A stretch of 64,000 nucleotides of DNA, from contig NC_068993.1 of assembly GCF_001194135.2 (NCBI RefSeq), positions 55,887,855 to 55,951,854 of the forward strand, read 5' to 3'. Made by a program: the position numbers and the translations under genes. Positions 48,218 through 59,322 of this stretch are shown here, piece after piece. The notes under the pieces are model-generated. The model had not been told where the DNA came from, did no database searches, and was given only the letters and a program-made list of their open reading frames with translations. Numbering within the stretch: position 1 is the first letter of the stretch; each line of letters opens with the position of its first letter. This stretch comes from Octopus bimaculoides. Taxonomy: Eukaryota.

Positions 48218-51200
48218 GTGTGTGTGTGTGTGTGGACACGCAATGGCCCAGTGGTTAGGGCAGCGGACTCGCGGTCATAGGATCGTGGTTTCGATTCCCA
48301 GACCGGGCATTGTGAGTGTTTATTGAGTGAAAACACCTAAAGCTCCACGAGGCTCCGGCAGGGGATGGTGGCAAACCCTGCTGTACTCTTTCACCACAAC
48401 TTTCTTCCTGTTTCTGTTGTGCCTGTATTTCAAAGGGGCCAGCTTTGTCACACTGTGTCACGCTGAATTTCCCCGAAAACTCCGTTAAGGGTACACGTGT
48501 CTGTGGAGTGCTCAGCCACTTGCACGTTAATTTCACGAGCAGGCTGTTCCGTTGATCGGATCAACTGGAACCCTCGACGTCGTAAGCGACTGAGTGCCAA
48601 CAATATATATATATATATATATCTTTTACTTGTTTCAGTCATTTGACTGCAACTATACGGAGAGCCACCTTGTAGGGTTTTAGTCAAACAAATTGACCCC
48701 AGGGCTTATTTTTTTTAAAGCCTAATACTTATTCTATCAGTCTCTAATGCTGAGCCACTAAGTTACAGGGACTTAAACACACCAACACAAGTCATCGAGT
48801 GTTGATGGGGGACAAACACAGATACAAAGACACACACACATAGATATATACAAATAGATATATATACGACAGGCTTCTTTCAGTTTCCGTCTCCAAATTC
48901 CCCTGACAATTTACCTGTTTGTCTGTGTGTCTGTGTTTATATATATGTAGCCAGTCTAAAGAGGGAGAGGTACTTGTCACAGTCATCTCTTTAACAGCGT
49001 TGTATCTCAATTCAGCACTGGCTTAATGTATGGATATTTGTATTTGTGCCATAGTGAAACCGCAACCCCTACTGATTACCAAATGTCCATGCATAAAATC
49101 CTGTGATTAACTATTTCAGCTTTTTCTAGAATGGACAAGAAGCCAGTCTGCTTTAGACAGCATTGCCAGAAAATATGGCACCTACACTATATCTACTAAG
49201 TAAACTAATCGACTGAGAATGAAGTACATTCAGTAAATCTAAACCACACACTAAGAATTAGCATGTGATGTCAAGATAAGGACACACACACACACACACA
49301 CAAATACATTCATATACATAAATATATAAATACATGTATCATCATCATCATTATCACCACTGTCATTTAACATCTGTTTACCCATGCTGGTATGGGTCAG
49401 ATGATTTGACTGGATTTAACACTTCACAAAACTTCACTGTGCTCCAATGTTTGATTTGATGTGGTTTCTCTATGGCTGGATGCCCTTCCTAACACCAACC
49501 ACTTTATAGATTCTACTGGGGCCTTTTCTTTTTGTGGACCAGCCTGCAACTTTCAAGATCAAGGGCCCAAAGAAGCCCCTATAACTGGAGGAGAACAGTA
49601 GAGAGAAGGTGCAATGATTGTCAGTAGGATGATGAGAGAGAGTAAATTATGAAGAGAGGAATAGACTGACAGTTGTGAGAGGGTGGCAGTGGAGAGACTA
49701 ACATAGAAGACACTATTTGTGGGAAGAGTATGGATGGAAAAGAGGATAGGGAAGGGCTTTATGTCAGGGGTTTGTGAGAAAGGGAGGGACAGAGTACTTG
49801 ATGTGATAAAGGCTCTTGAGTAGGGTGTTCCCAGGTTAACCTAAATTATAAGGGCAAGTATGAATGGAAAGTGTGAGAGAAAGGGAACATGAAAAAGATA
49901 AATGGAGGCTCTGAGGTATTGAGTAGAGGCATATGGTCAAGTGGTTCGGGTGTTGGACTCATGAGCATAAGATTGTGGTTTCATTTCCTGGACCAGGCAA
50001 TGCATTGAGTTCTTGAGTAAAACATTTCATTTCACTTTGCTCTAAATCCACTTAGCTGGCAAAAATGAGTAATCCTGCAACAGACCAGCACCCTGTTCAG
50101 GGGGTAAATATATATACACTGTAGAAACTGAGAAACCAGCCCTTGTGAGTCTATAGGTCTCAAGAAGGATGCTTTTGTTGAGGTATGGAGAGAATCATTG
50201 ATGGAAAGGGAAGGTGGCTGTGGAAGTGGGCCAGAGATGGAGAAGTGAAAGTGTATTGAGGTGATGGAGGAACTGTAGGGAGAGGATGGTGAAAGAAAAT
50301 GAGGAAGAATATGGGGGAGCAGTGGGTAAGTGCAGTGAGAGCAGGGAGTGAAAGTGATATTGGAGGGCCCTGTAGAGGTAGGGTGATGAGAGCATCCCAG
50401 ACATGGAGGCTGATGGGAGAGGACAGTGAGAGAAAATGGTAGTGGAGACAGTGAGAGAAAATGGTAGTGGAGACAGTGAGAGAAAGGAAGGCTGGAGAAC
50501 ACCTAAGTGGGAAGGAAGAGAGGGTGAATACAGCAAAGAGCATCGAGGTGAGAAGCAGACAGGGAGAGGAAGCTGTTGTGGAGTTGAGAGGAGGACGACA
50601 GGTGAGAACAGTGAAAGCATCCCAGGCAGGGAGATTGAGGAGAAAGGACAGGTAAAGAGAGGTAGGGGAGGAGCAGTGGATGAATAACTGTAAGAGTCTG
50701 CCAGCTACCAACACTTCCTTGACTAATGTTTTTTCTATCACGCTTGCTTGAAAGAACAGGGTTTTCTCCAGTGTGTCACCAAATTACAATCAATTGTTGC
50801 CTACCTTGTGAGGTTCACTTTCTTGAGATCATGTTTTTCATGGTCCTTTTCTTCCATAGTTACCTTCCATTTTCAGTGCTTGATACTTGAGCTTTTTTAC
50901 TGTGTCCTGTCTCTATGAAGCTTTTGGTCAGTTGAGGACTAAAGTAAAATACATTTGCTTGGCATGGCTATGTGTCAAGAAGCTTGCTTCTCAGCCACAT
51001 GGTTCTAGGTTCAGTCCCACTCTGTGACACCTTGGGTAAGTGTCTTCTATTATAACCCCAGCCTGACCAAAACCTTGTGAGTGGATTTGGTAGACAAACT
51101 GAAAGAAGTTTCTTATATATGTGTGTGTGTGTGTGTGCCACCTGGGCAACGTTGGGTATCACTAATGCAAGTATATTATAAAAATGGTTTTTACATTTAA

Positions 51201-52836
51201 TCTTATCAGTTACTTATTTGGATTAATTTTTCTTGTTCTGTTTCTTCTTCTTCTTCTTCTTCTTCCCACCCAGCTCTCTTTTAATATTTAACACCATGTT
51301 TCATGCATACATACATACATACATACATACATAAATGCATGCATACTTACATACACACACACACACATACATATACACACATACATATACACACATGTAT
51401 ATGTGTAGCTATGTATTCTGATTTGTTCCCTAATCTATCTGGAGGCAGGAGAGGGTGTATGACTCAGTTAAAGGTTAATCTGAAGTACTTGAGATACAAA
51501 ACTTATCATGTTTGATTTATGTTTTATATTTACCTGCTCACCCCCACATCAGTCTACCTCAATTCACTGAGAGATGACCTCCAGGCAGGACCCATAATTT
51601 CAAAACCAGAAGCAATATACACTCTTCATCGGTAAGGTCTGGCCTGGGTCTGTTATTGTTGCTGCTGTTGCTGTCATTGTCACTGTGGTTTACCTAACAA
51701 CAAATTCTGAATGTTGGATTTACATTTGTCGCAAGGAAAATATGAACGGAAAACAAAGAAAGAACGGCTTCTATTTCCATTGAGTGTGTGCAAATTATAG
51801 TAAGTAGAGAAACCAGCTGGTAGATTGATTTTCTTTCTGTTAGTCAATGGTGTGCTGCTTATGTACTAACTCTGGTATATTTTGTGATAGCCCCTGGTAT
51901 ATCAATTATGCATTCCCTGTTTTTTTTTTTCTAATAGCCAATGGTGAATGGTTATATATTCACTAAACTACTGGTATGAGGGGGTGCTGAAAATTCCTGG
52001 TTTTAAGGGTATCATGAAAAGCCTGGTTGAAGGCCCAACTTTCTGGAGGGCTGCTGCAATAAGTGTAAATCTGAGAGGGGAATATGTTGGTTAAAACCAT
52101 AATTAACAAATCTTCCTGTATTTTCTTTTACCCAAAGCCAGGAACTTTTCAGCACCCCATCGTATATTTTGTGATAGTTACTGAGTTACTGGGTATGGTT
52201 ATGTTATCACTGACCAATGGCTTATTTTGTGATAGCCACTAATGGGTTTGTTTTATATATACACTGACCAGAAATATATTTTGTTACAGCTACAGGTGAG
52301 TTGGTTTCCCCACCCATTTTTACGCATTACTACCTATCCCCCTTCTTGTGTGTGTTCCCGTCTGCTGCCACCTCCTCCTCTTCCTCCATAATCCACTTCT
52401 ACTATCTTTACATTACCCCCAAACTGAGACATGCCATTACCCCCATCTCCATCTGTGTTCACCATTCACATGCTTTCAGTTCCGTCCTCAACTCCACCGG
52501 CTGATATTCTCCTTTTACACCCTCACAAACCTACTCACCCAGCCATCCTCAATTATCCCCTCACCTTTCATCTTATTGTACCTCCATGGTGTGTCTTGAT
52601 CTCTCCCATACTTCCTCCCTTCCCTGCTGGGGTCGCCATGCATATCCTATACAGCAACTCCTCCTTTCACTGCACTTACCCACTGTTCCTCCATTACCTC
52701 AACACACCCTCAGCTCTCCATCTCTTGCCCACTCCCACCACCACCTGTTTTCATCAATAATTCTCTCCATACCCTCGTTAAAAGCATCCTTCTCAAGTTT
52801 TATGGACTCATAAAGGCCAGTTTCTTGGTTTCCATA

Positions 52837-52883
<47 letters not shown>

Positions 52884-53089
52884 ATCACCATCATCGTTTA
52901 ATGTCTGCCTCCCATGCTGATATATACATATTTATCCCCTGGACAGAACACTGGTCCATCACAAGATGACTTAGTCTTTCATCCTTTTGGGGTCGATAAA
53001 ATAAGTACCAATTGAGTATTGGGGTTGATGTAATCAACTAGGTCTTTCCCTTGCAGTTTCTGGCCTTGTGTCAAAATTTGAAACCATTA

Positions 53090-53124
<35 letters not shown>

Positions 53125-56100
53125 AACATGGCAATCTGGCAGAATTGTTAGCATGCTGGGTGAATTGCTTAGTGGCGTTTCATCTGTCTTTATGTTCCAA
53201 GTTCAAATTCCGCTGAGGTCAACTTTACCGTTCATCCTTTTGGGGTTGATAAATTAAGTACCAGTTGTGCTCTGGTGAGGGAAGGGGGTTCCACCAGAAT
53301 GTAAATTCCTGTGACAATTGTATGTTAGAAAGGAGCTTCTACTATAACTTCATCAACAAATTCTGTCCCATGCAAGCATGGAAAAGTGGATAATTAAATG
53401 ATGATTATGATCACGCACACACACACACAGATATGCATATAAGAACTAATTAGAGAATTCTAATTTGTGTTTTTTTTTTTTTTAATTGTCGTTTCAGTAC
53501 AAACAATTTACAATCTGCCATTTCTTCATCTCCACTTTTCTCTTTGGCATCACTCGATGAGTCTCAGCAACTTCGAAACATTGACTATGGCAAGGATTCA
53601 TCTGCGTTTCCAGTTTCAGACAGACAACCATGGCACATCGACAGGATGAAACACAAAAATAATCGCAGGAGAACTGGTTCTTTTACTGTTTCTGTTTCTA
53701 TTTCTCTGTTGATTATGAATCCCCGTTGAGATGATATTTTGCTGTGAAAGTGTAGGAGTTTGTTGTTTACAGGGAGTTAGACTATCAGTGAATCCTCTGT
53801 TGACAATTGACAGCAAGATAAGCTGCCACAGATCACATGATTCCAAAGTGTGCACATATGTGACTGGGGAGCACATGTGAACTTGTATTCTCACCGAAAC
53901 TCTGAACATCAACTCCATACTTCTACAGTGAATGATGTCTGCACTGTTCAACGTGCTTGCCCTCCCAGTGGGGTGTTGTTATCCATTACAGCCTTGACTG
54001 TGGCTGACAGATTTGTGAGACTTACCAAATTCAATTACAAGGCTATAGCTGAAGGCACTGGCCCAAGGTGGCTATGGAAGAACTGAACCCAAAACCATGT
54101 GGTTGAGAAGCATGCTTCCTAACCATACAGCCATACCTGCACTTATACACACACACACACACACGTTGGTGTATGGTTAATTAATTCTAGCTTGAGTCGA
54201 CTATGTTGGTATGTGACTGATACTAGCTTTAACCAACTGTTGGTATGGGGCTAGTTGACACCAGCTTTAGTTGAATATGTTGCTATGTGGCCAATACCAG
54301 CTTTAACTGACTATGCTAATGTTTTGCTGATACCAACCTAGCAAATAGAACAATCTTCTGATAACTGCCTGTAATTCATTCGTGGGACCAGGCCTACTTT
54401 CATTAATATATATGGTTTCTGGTAAGCTGGTCATTCATATCCATTGATGATGTTAAAACAAATAATTGAGTATTTTGAAATAGAGCCACTCCCTTCCAGG
54501 TTGACAGAGTTAACTAACATGATTCTGGTTCTCGTTACAGTTAAATGTGAAGAAGACAACAGTGGTAATTTCTTGATGGTATGGAACCGTTCCATACCTT
54601 TGTGTACCACAACCAGTTCTACCAACAATACTGTTTCATGCAACACCAATATTAACAACAATAACTGGAGCTTCAGTCCCACTATAGAGTCATTACAACA
54701 TTCAACCAACACCAATTCTCAGGCTGGTGAGAGAACTTTCTTCTGTCATGGATTTATAATGATGACGATCACTCTCTATATAATATACATACATGCATGT
54801 ATACACAAGCACACACACATATGTAAGATCATGGAGGCAAAGGCAAGAACGAGTACTTGATACCAAAGGGTTACAGTGTTTATAATTCTTATTACTTAAG
54901 TCATAGTCAGCACCCAATATAACATTTAGTGTTTTCGGATCTTTTTTAAAACGGGGGCCACATTTTTCATTAATGTTTTACGTAGTGTTTTTGGTACGGA
55001 AAGACTTTCAAACTTCGTATACTTATCTATTTTGTGTTATAGAACAGAAAAATATTTTTGTATTCGAATTTATTTCATGTAAAAAATTGTCTTATTTCGA
55101 TAATTTCAACCAATCACTGACAAGTATTCAGTTGTTTACATTTACTCCTTTGGCTGATTAAGCGATGTAAAGCGTATTTAATCTCCATACCTTCGTTTTA
55201 TTTGCTTTTTTCATTTTAAATTTGCTTTAACCCTAACCCTAACTACATAAACAAACGATTCTGAAACAATTAACCCGAACCCTAGGGTTAGGGTTAGGGT
55301 TAATTGTTTCAGAATCGTTTGTTTATGTAGTCGGCACTTAATGTATATCGGCTGAATGGACGTCAGTGATTGGTTGAAATTACAGAAATACGACAACTTT
55401 AACATGGAATAACTTATGGATTTCTTTTTTTTTTTAAGAAGACTAAGAGAAAAAGATGTTTTATATGACACATTCTACCAGTGATCCAAGTTTCAAAGTG
55501 TTTCGTTAATGAAAAATGTGGCCCCCGTTTTAAAAAAGATCCGTGTTTTCTGCTAGTAGTATATCTGTGTGAAATGGCGTGAATCCTTGCAAACACTCTC
55601 TACTGGCAGGAAACGCAAAGTATTGGATGGGGTGCTGACTATTATTAAAAAGTAAGCATTGCAAATGCAGGAAGTAAACAATGCATCAGAATGAGTAATA
55701 TATATACACACACACACTGCTGAGACCCCCTTCGGTCATGACTGACCATGGGATTGCACTTAGAAAGTTACCCTCCCAGGCACAAGTCTTTTCCTTTCTG
55801 ACCCACTCAATACCTTCTCCATCATTTTCAGATAATGTTGACAAAGTGGTTGCCACTACTTCAATCTGCATACCAAGTCTTACTGATCGAAACGGGAAAA
55901 CCTTCCAGGGACTACAGTCATCTGTTGCCCCGACAATGACCTTCCAAAAAGCACCCTCACTTTGTAGTAAGCCCACATACCCAACTGGTAGCATTAGTTG
56001 GCTAGGAAGTCGAACTGTCAATAAAGAAGGTAGGTCTGTTTGACTGGTCTCCACTTCTTAAACTCTGTGAGGAACCATTGGGTGATGGGGGGGGGGGAAT

Positions 56101-56672
56101 TGAAGATCTGGGTTGGTCTTGAAGGAACAGTTATGGAATTCTTTTAATTCTCAAAATTAAGATAAACAAAGTTCCTTTTTAATGGAAAATATACTCTCCT
56201 TCATTTTCTACAATATTCTTCCATCTATCAGGTAGACTTGCAAGGCCCCTCTTCAAAAATTCACTTGTTCATGATGAAAAATACTCCTCCAGTACTGTTC
56301 TGACCTTGTCTACAGAATTCAGCTTTGATTTTTATTGCTCTGTGGTCAGTAAAATTAAGCACTGGTCAAACACAAGAGTCAATATGACTAGATCTTCTCC
56401 CCACCAAATTCCTGGCCTTGTGCTTATATTAGAAACATCATCATCATCACAAAATTATTCTTCACATATGAACATCAAATGTTTTTTTTTTCTCTTTTTT
56501 ATTTCTATTTGTAGCTGAATTATTATACCAAGATCCTGTCAGTGGGGCTCCTACCTCCTTTCTACAGCGATTAAATGAGATTGCAGCTCTTGAAGCTGAA
56601 ACTGTTCGCCTAGAGAGAGCACGGAAACTGAAGAAGAAGAATAAACACGATAAAGAATCTTACAGCTACTGA
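40277..56672 (+). CDS. Uncharacterised spliced protein-coding gene, 5 coding exons, about 276 aa
   Basis: Exons 40277-40458, 45549-45674, 53498-53676, 54541-54726 and 56515-56672 join in frame (phases 2,2,1,1; 831 nt). C-terminus AELLYQDPVSGAPTSFLQRLNEIAALEAETVRLERARKLKKKNKH looks like a real helical/basic motif. Confidence 0.65.
40800..40975. repeat. Compound (TA)n/(TATC)n/(TATG)n microsatellite
   Basis: Direct inspection. Confidence 0.9.
42600..43000 (-). mobile_element. Penelope-like element reverse transcriptase fragment
   Basis: DSSDICDLKGLYI...FGLYRDDALA...GHKNTIETNL..VKF matches the Penelope RT GLYRDDGL/ITIE.N..VNF motifs. Confidence 0.85.
43282..43431. repeat. Perfect 52-bp inverted repeat (probable DNA-transposon derivative)
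   Basis: Arms 43282-43333 and 43380-43431 are exact reverse complements; 46-bp A-rich spacer. Confidence 0.85.
43683..44020 (+). pseudogene. Decayed Merlin/IS1016-like (ISXO2-type) transposase N-terminal half
   Basis: MMIATESNIKFLASLELINNPAVCCNEPMCLVNCQTCSDGKP*RCCTC and downstream ETTVNWYNVFEFSC resemble the FL...GLL..C..M.L....DG..WRC zinc ribbon and T.VDW.NF..C motif. Family assignment is from memory of motifs. Confidence 0.6.
44462..44778 (-). mobile_element. tRNA-derived SINE family E copy
   Basis: Minus-strand head ggcacatggcttagtggttagggc...gagttcaattc plus the shared core; similar heads at 19430-19585 and 57430-57568. Confidence 0.85.
45549..45674 (+). CDS. Uncharacterised gene exon 2 (NTLLSNMRTKSAAYSCF...RTEP)
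   Basis: Strong acceptor tctcctctgtccttccag, donor GTGAGT; only one open frame; 126 nt, phase 2-2; internal ATG at 45569. Confidence 0.65.
46100..47045. repeat. GTG/GTT-rich low complexity followed by degenerate (TG)n/(TATG)n
   Basis: Direct inspection; explains the Thr/His/Val/Cys-rich spurious ORFs here. Confidence 0.85.
48235..48602 (+). mobile_element. tRNA-derived SINE family E with conserved core
   Basis: A-box TGGCCCAGTGG and B-box GTTTCGATTCC; the core gtgtctgtggagtgctcagccacttgcac is shared with 44462-44778 (-) and 26020-26160. Confidence 0.85.
50110..50700 (-). mobile_element. Old CT-rich interspersed repeat, inverted partner at 52330-52840
   Basis: Blocks such as tcactgcacttacccactg, ctccatctct.gcccact and ttctctccatacc..aaaagcatccttct occur in both copies. 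Confidence 0.6.
50965..51115 (+). mobile_element. SINE family D (aagaagcttgcttc...ttcagtcccact...gaaactgaaagaag)
   Basis: Related copies at about 57135-57269 (+), 21415-21535 (-), 58895-58975 (-). Confidence 0.75.
51975..52164. mobile_element. Tc1/mariner-type MITE
   Basis: Ends tatgagggggtgctgaaaattcctgg / ccaggaacttttcagcaccccatcgta with TA at both termini. Confidence 0.8.
53498..53676 (+). CDS. Uncharacterised gene exon 3 (TNNLQSAISS...QPWHIDRMKHKNNRRRT)
   Basis: Acceptor ttgtcgtttcag; phase 2-1; donor GTTCTT is weak but in phase. Confidence 0.6.
54541..54726 (+). CDS. Uncharacterised gene exon 4 (VKCEEDNSGNFLMVWNRS...NSQA)
   Basis: Acceptor ttctcgttacag, donor G|GTGAGA; 186 nt, phase 1-1. 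Confidence 0.65.
54937..55542. mobile_element. MITE family GGATCTTTTT, copy 2 (opposite orientation)
   Basis: Perfect 37-bp TIRs; perfect TSD GTGTTTTC at 54929-54936 and 55543-55550; highly similar to the reverse complement of 28120-28675. Confidence 0.92.
56515..56672 (+). CDS. Uncharacterised gene last coding exon (AELLYQDP...FLQRLNEIAALEAETVRLERARKLKKK...*)
   Basis: Very strong acceptor (long poly-T then gtag); phase 1; TGA at 56670-56672. Confidence 0.75.
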
Positions 56673-58029
56673 CCATTGCTCTCGGTAAGCTCAGGTCTCA
56701 GTTGGCAGCTTCAGGACATGGCTTTACAGCACCCTGTGATGTGATGTGTAACAGGAGCCACTGGTGTGTACAGAGTCATCTTGACTTGGAACAAGGTATT
56801 TCCAAGACGTCCCAGCAAACAAAGTGCTATAATAGAAAGAATTGTGGGATTTGAACTAAAACACCCTCGTCATCCTCCATCTTACAATTTTCTCACAAGA
56901 AATCAATAATCATCCCTTCATATGAAGTCGTTGAATCAACAAAACTCTTTCTTGAAATCATAATTAACAAAATCAGAGATTATTCTAAATAAATATTTAC
57001 AAGAATATGTTTTTTAAAATCTTTCTTTTGTCTATATGTACAGCAAAGCCGTAACACAATCAAATAAGTTCCTGAAGTTGCTGCACTAAAGGCATATAAG
57101 AAACGGTAATTGGTTCAAGAATTTTCTGCAGGTGTGGCAAGAAGTTTGCTTCCCAGCCACATAGTTCTGGTTTCAGTCCTAGTGTATGGCACCTTGAGTA
57201 AGTGTCTGCAACAGCCTCAGGCTGACCAAAGCCTTGTGAATGGATTTGGTAGATAGAAACTGAAAGAAGNNNNNNNNNNNNNNNNNNNNNNNNNNNNNNN
57301 NNNNNNNNNNNNNNNNNNNNNNNNNNNNNNNNNNNNNNNNNNNNNNNNNNNNNNNNNNNNNNNNNNNNNATATATGCCATTCAGAAAGGCAAAGACTGAT
57401 ACAGCTTGGTACCAGTGACGTTGAAGCTCATTTCTACAGCTAAGTGAACTGGAGCAATGTGAAATAAATGTCTTGCTCAAGAACACAACACACAGCGCGG
57501 TCCAGGAATTGAATTCACTACCTCATGATTGTGAGCCTGATGTTCTAACCACTGAGCCATGTGCCTTCAAGAAGGGCATCTACCACAGAAATCTTGCTTC
57601 AATGAATGCTGTCTGACCATGATGATGCTAAAGTTTCATTTCTCCTTGTTAAGTCTTTTTAATTGTAGAGATGCTACTCAAACAGACATTCCATTTAAAT
57701 AATGACACTATTGCTTTTGTACCTGAAGTTGGTAGTGCTTGAACTATTTTTTTCTAGTTGTTCTATGTGAAAAATGTGTCTAGCAATGGGAAAATATCAT
57801 CTTGCTTGGAAACTGGAGAGGGTTAGCAACTGGAATAGCATCTGGTTGTAAACAATCTGTCTCAAAATATTCTGCCCGAATCATGCAACTATAGAAAAGT
57901 AGATGTCAGATGATGATAACTGAGATAATGTTAGGTCAATAATATCAAAATTTCCTGCTTCCATGCTATTAAATATTCCATACATTGTATCAATTCAGAA
58001 GAAACAATTTTACAAAGATAACAGATTGA

Positions 58030-58134
58030 AATTATGAATTAAAAACATTTTTATTATGAGGTCAACATAAATACAAAATGGTTTGGTTGGTGCTGTTTCT
58101 GTAAATTTTGTTTTAACCAAAGAACCAAGGATCT
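58030..58134 (-). other. COX6C: Likely non-coding 3'UTR terminal exon of COX6C with poly(A) signal
   Basis: Donor GTGAGT 15 nt after the stop (59213); strong acceptor tttctttcttttatttttattattgcag before 58134; AATAAA at 58050-58055 on the minus strand. The 3' end is approximate. Confidence 0.6.
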
Positions 58135-58374
58135 CTGCAATAATAAAAATAAAAGAAAGAAATTAAGAATCTGTTTCTGCAGATTCGATACTTTAACATT
58201 TATCTTCATTCAGAGAGGCCTGGTGGTTACGGTATTGCACTCACAACAGCAAGATAGTGGTTTCAAATTCCAGACCAGGGCTGTGGAGTTGGAGTCAGAA
58301 ACAATTAAGGAGGAGTCGGAGTCGGTAAAACAGACCACAATCACTTGCTGTGCTTTTGAGCAAAACATGTCATT

Positions 58375-58514
58375 GCTTACCTGTACATGCTTACCTGTAC
58401 ATGCTTACCTGTACATGCTTACCTGTACATGCTTACCTGTACATGCTTACCTGTACATGCTTACCTGTACATGCTTACCTGTACATGCTTACCTGTACAT
58501 GCTTACCTGTACAT
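58375..58514. repeat. Perfect minisatellite (GCTTACCTGTACAT)x10
   Basis: Ten identical 14-bp units; the minus strand reads ATGTACAG|GTAAGC. Confidence 0.97.
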
Positions 58515-58735
58515 GTGTACTCTTTACTCTTTTACTTGTTTCAGTCATTTGACTGTGGCCATGCTGGAGCACCGCCTTTAGTCGAGCAAATTGACCCAAT
58601 GACTTATTCTTTGTAAACCTAGTACTTATTCTATCTGTCTCTTTTGCTGAACCACTAAGTTACGGGGACGCAAACACACCACCATCAGTTGTCAAGCGAT
58701 GTTGGGGGGACAAACACAGACACACAAACATATAT
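58515..58735 (-). mobile_element. SINE family C
   Basis: Related to 48625-48830 (-) and 36750-36875 (+): cccgtaacttagcggttcggcaaaagagaccgatagaataagtactagg. Confidence 0.75.
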
Positions 58736-59228
58736 ATATATGTGGTTGGCGTTAGGAAGGGCATCCAACTGTAGAAACTCTGCCAAATTAGATTGGAGCC
58801 TAGTGCAGCCATCTGGTTCACCAGTCCTCAGTCAAATCGTCCAACCCATGCTAGCATGGAAAGTGGACGTTAAACGATGGTGATGATGATATATATATAT
58901 ACAACGGGCTTCTTTCAGTTTCCGTCTACCAAATCCACTCACAAGGCTTTGGTCAGCCCGAGGATATAGTAGAAGAAGGTCAATGGGGAATGCATTTCAT
59001 GGAATAGAATTTCAAATATGGTAACCTTTTCTGGAATGCAATATCTCTGTAATATAGAGGATTCTAGTATACGACTGCACACTGAGGAAGTGGTTATTCA
59101 TTGGAGTTGACCTTGGGTGTGTAGTTGAGCATTCACTCTTATTTGAGTTGAGTCTGAAAATAGCAAGAGAAATATAATAGAAGTTCTACTATCTAGAACA
59201 TTGAAATACTCACAATTCTCTAATTCCA

Positions 59229-59322
59229 TTAAAAGTCTGTGTTTATGTTTCCCTCAGCATCTACACATTGGAAAACCCCAGCTTTTTTCATTCTCTGAAA
59301 GTCAGCTTCAGCATCATAAGTT
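59229..59322 (-). CDS. COX6C: COX6C coding exon 2
   Basis: Acceptor ttgttccttacag; phase 2; TAA at 59229-59231. Confidence 0.95.

Noticed and set aside
51553-51631. 79-nt exon-like segment as a coding exon of the plus-strand gene
   Set aside because: Phase 1-2 does not fit the flanking phase 2-2 junction; kept only as a possible poison exon.
20110-55542. TTAGGG tracts as true telomeres, chromosome-fusion scars or Helentron ends
   Set aside because: Tracts are only 2-4 units and lie inside TIR elements with 8-bp TSDs, which indicates cut-and-paste insertion.
55686-56054. 122-aa minus ORF as a gene
   Set aside because: Lies in an intron of the plus-strand gene, ends in a SINE-shared tail and has no recognisable domain.
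58375-58514. Repeat arrays as a CRISPR locus (also 441-524, 38319-38450)
   Set aside because: Units are contiguous with no unique spacers, there are no cas genes, and the context is eukaryotic.
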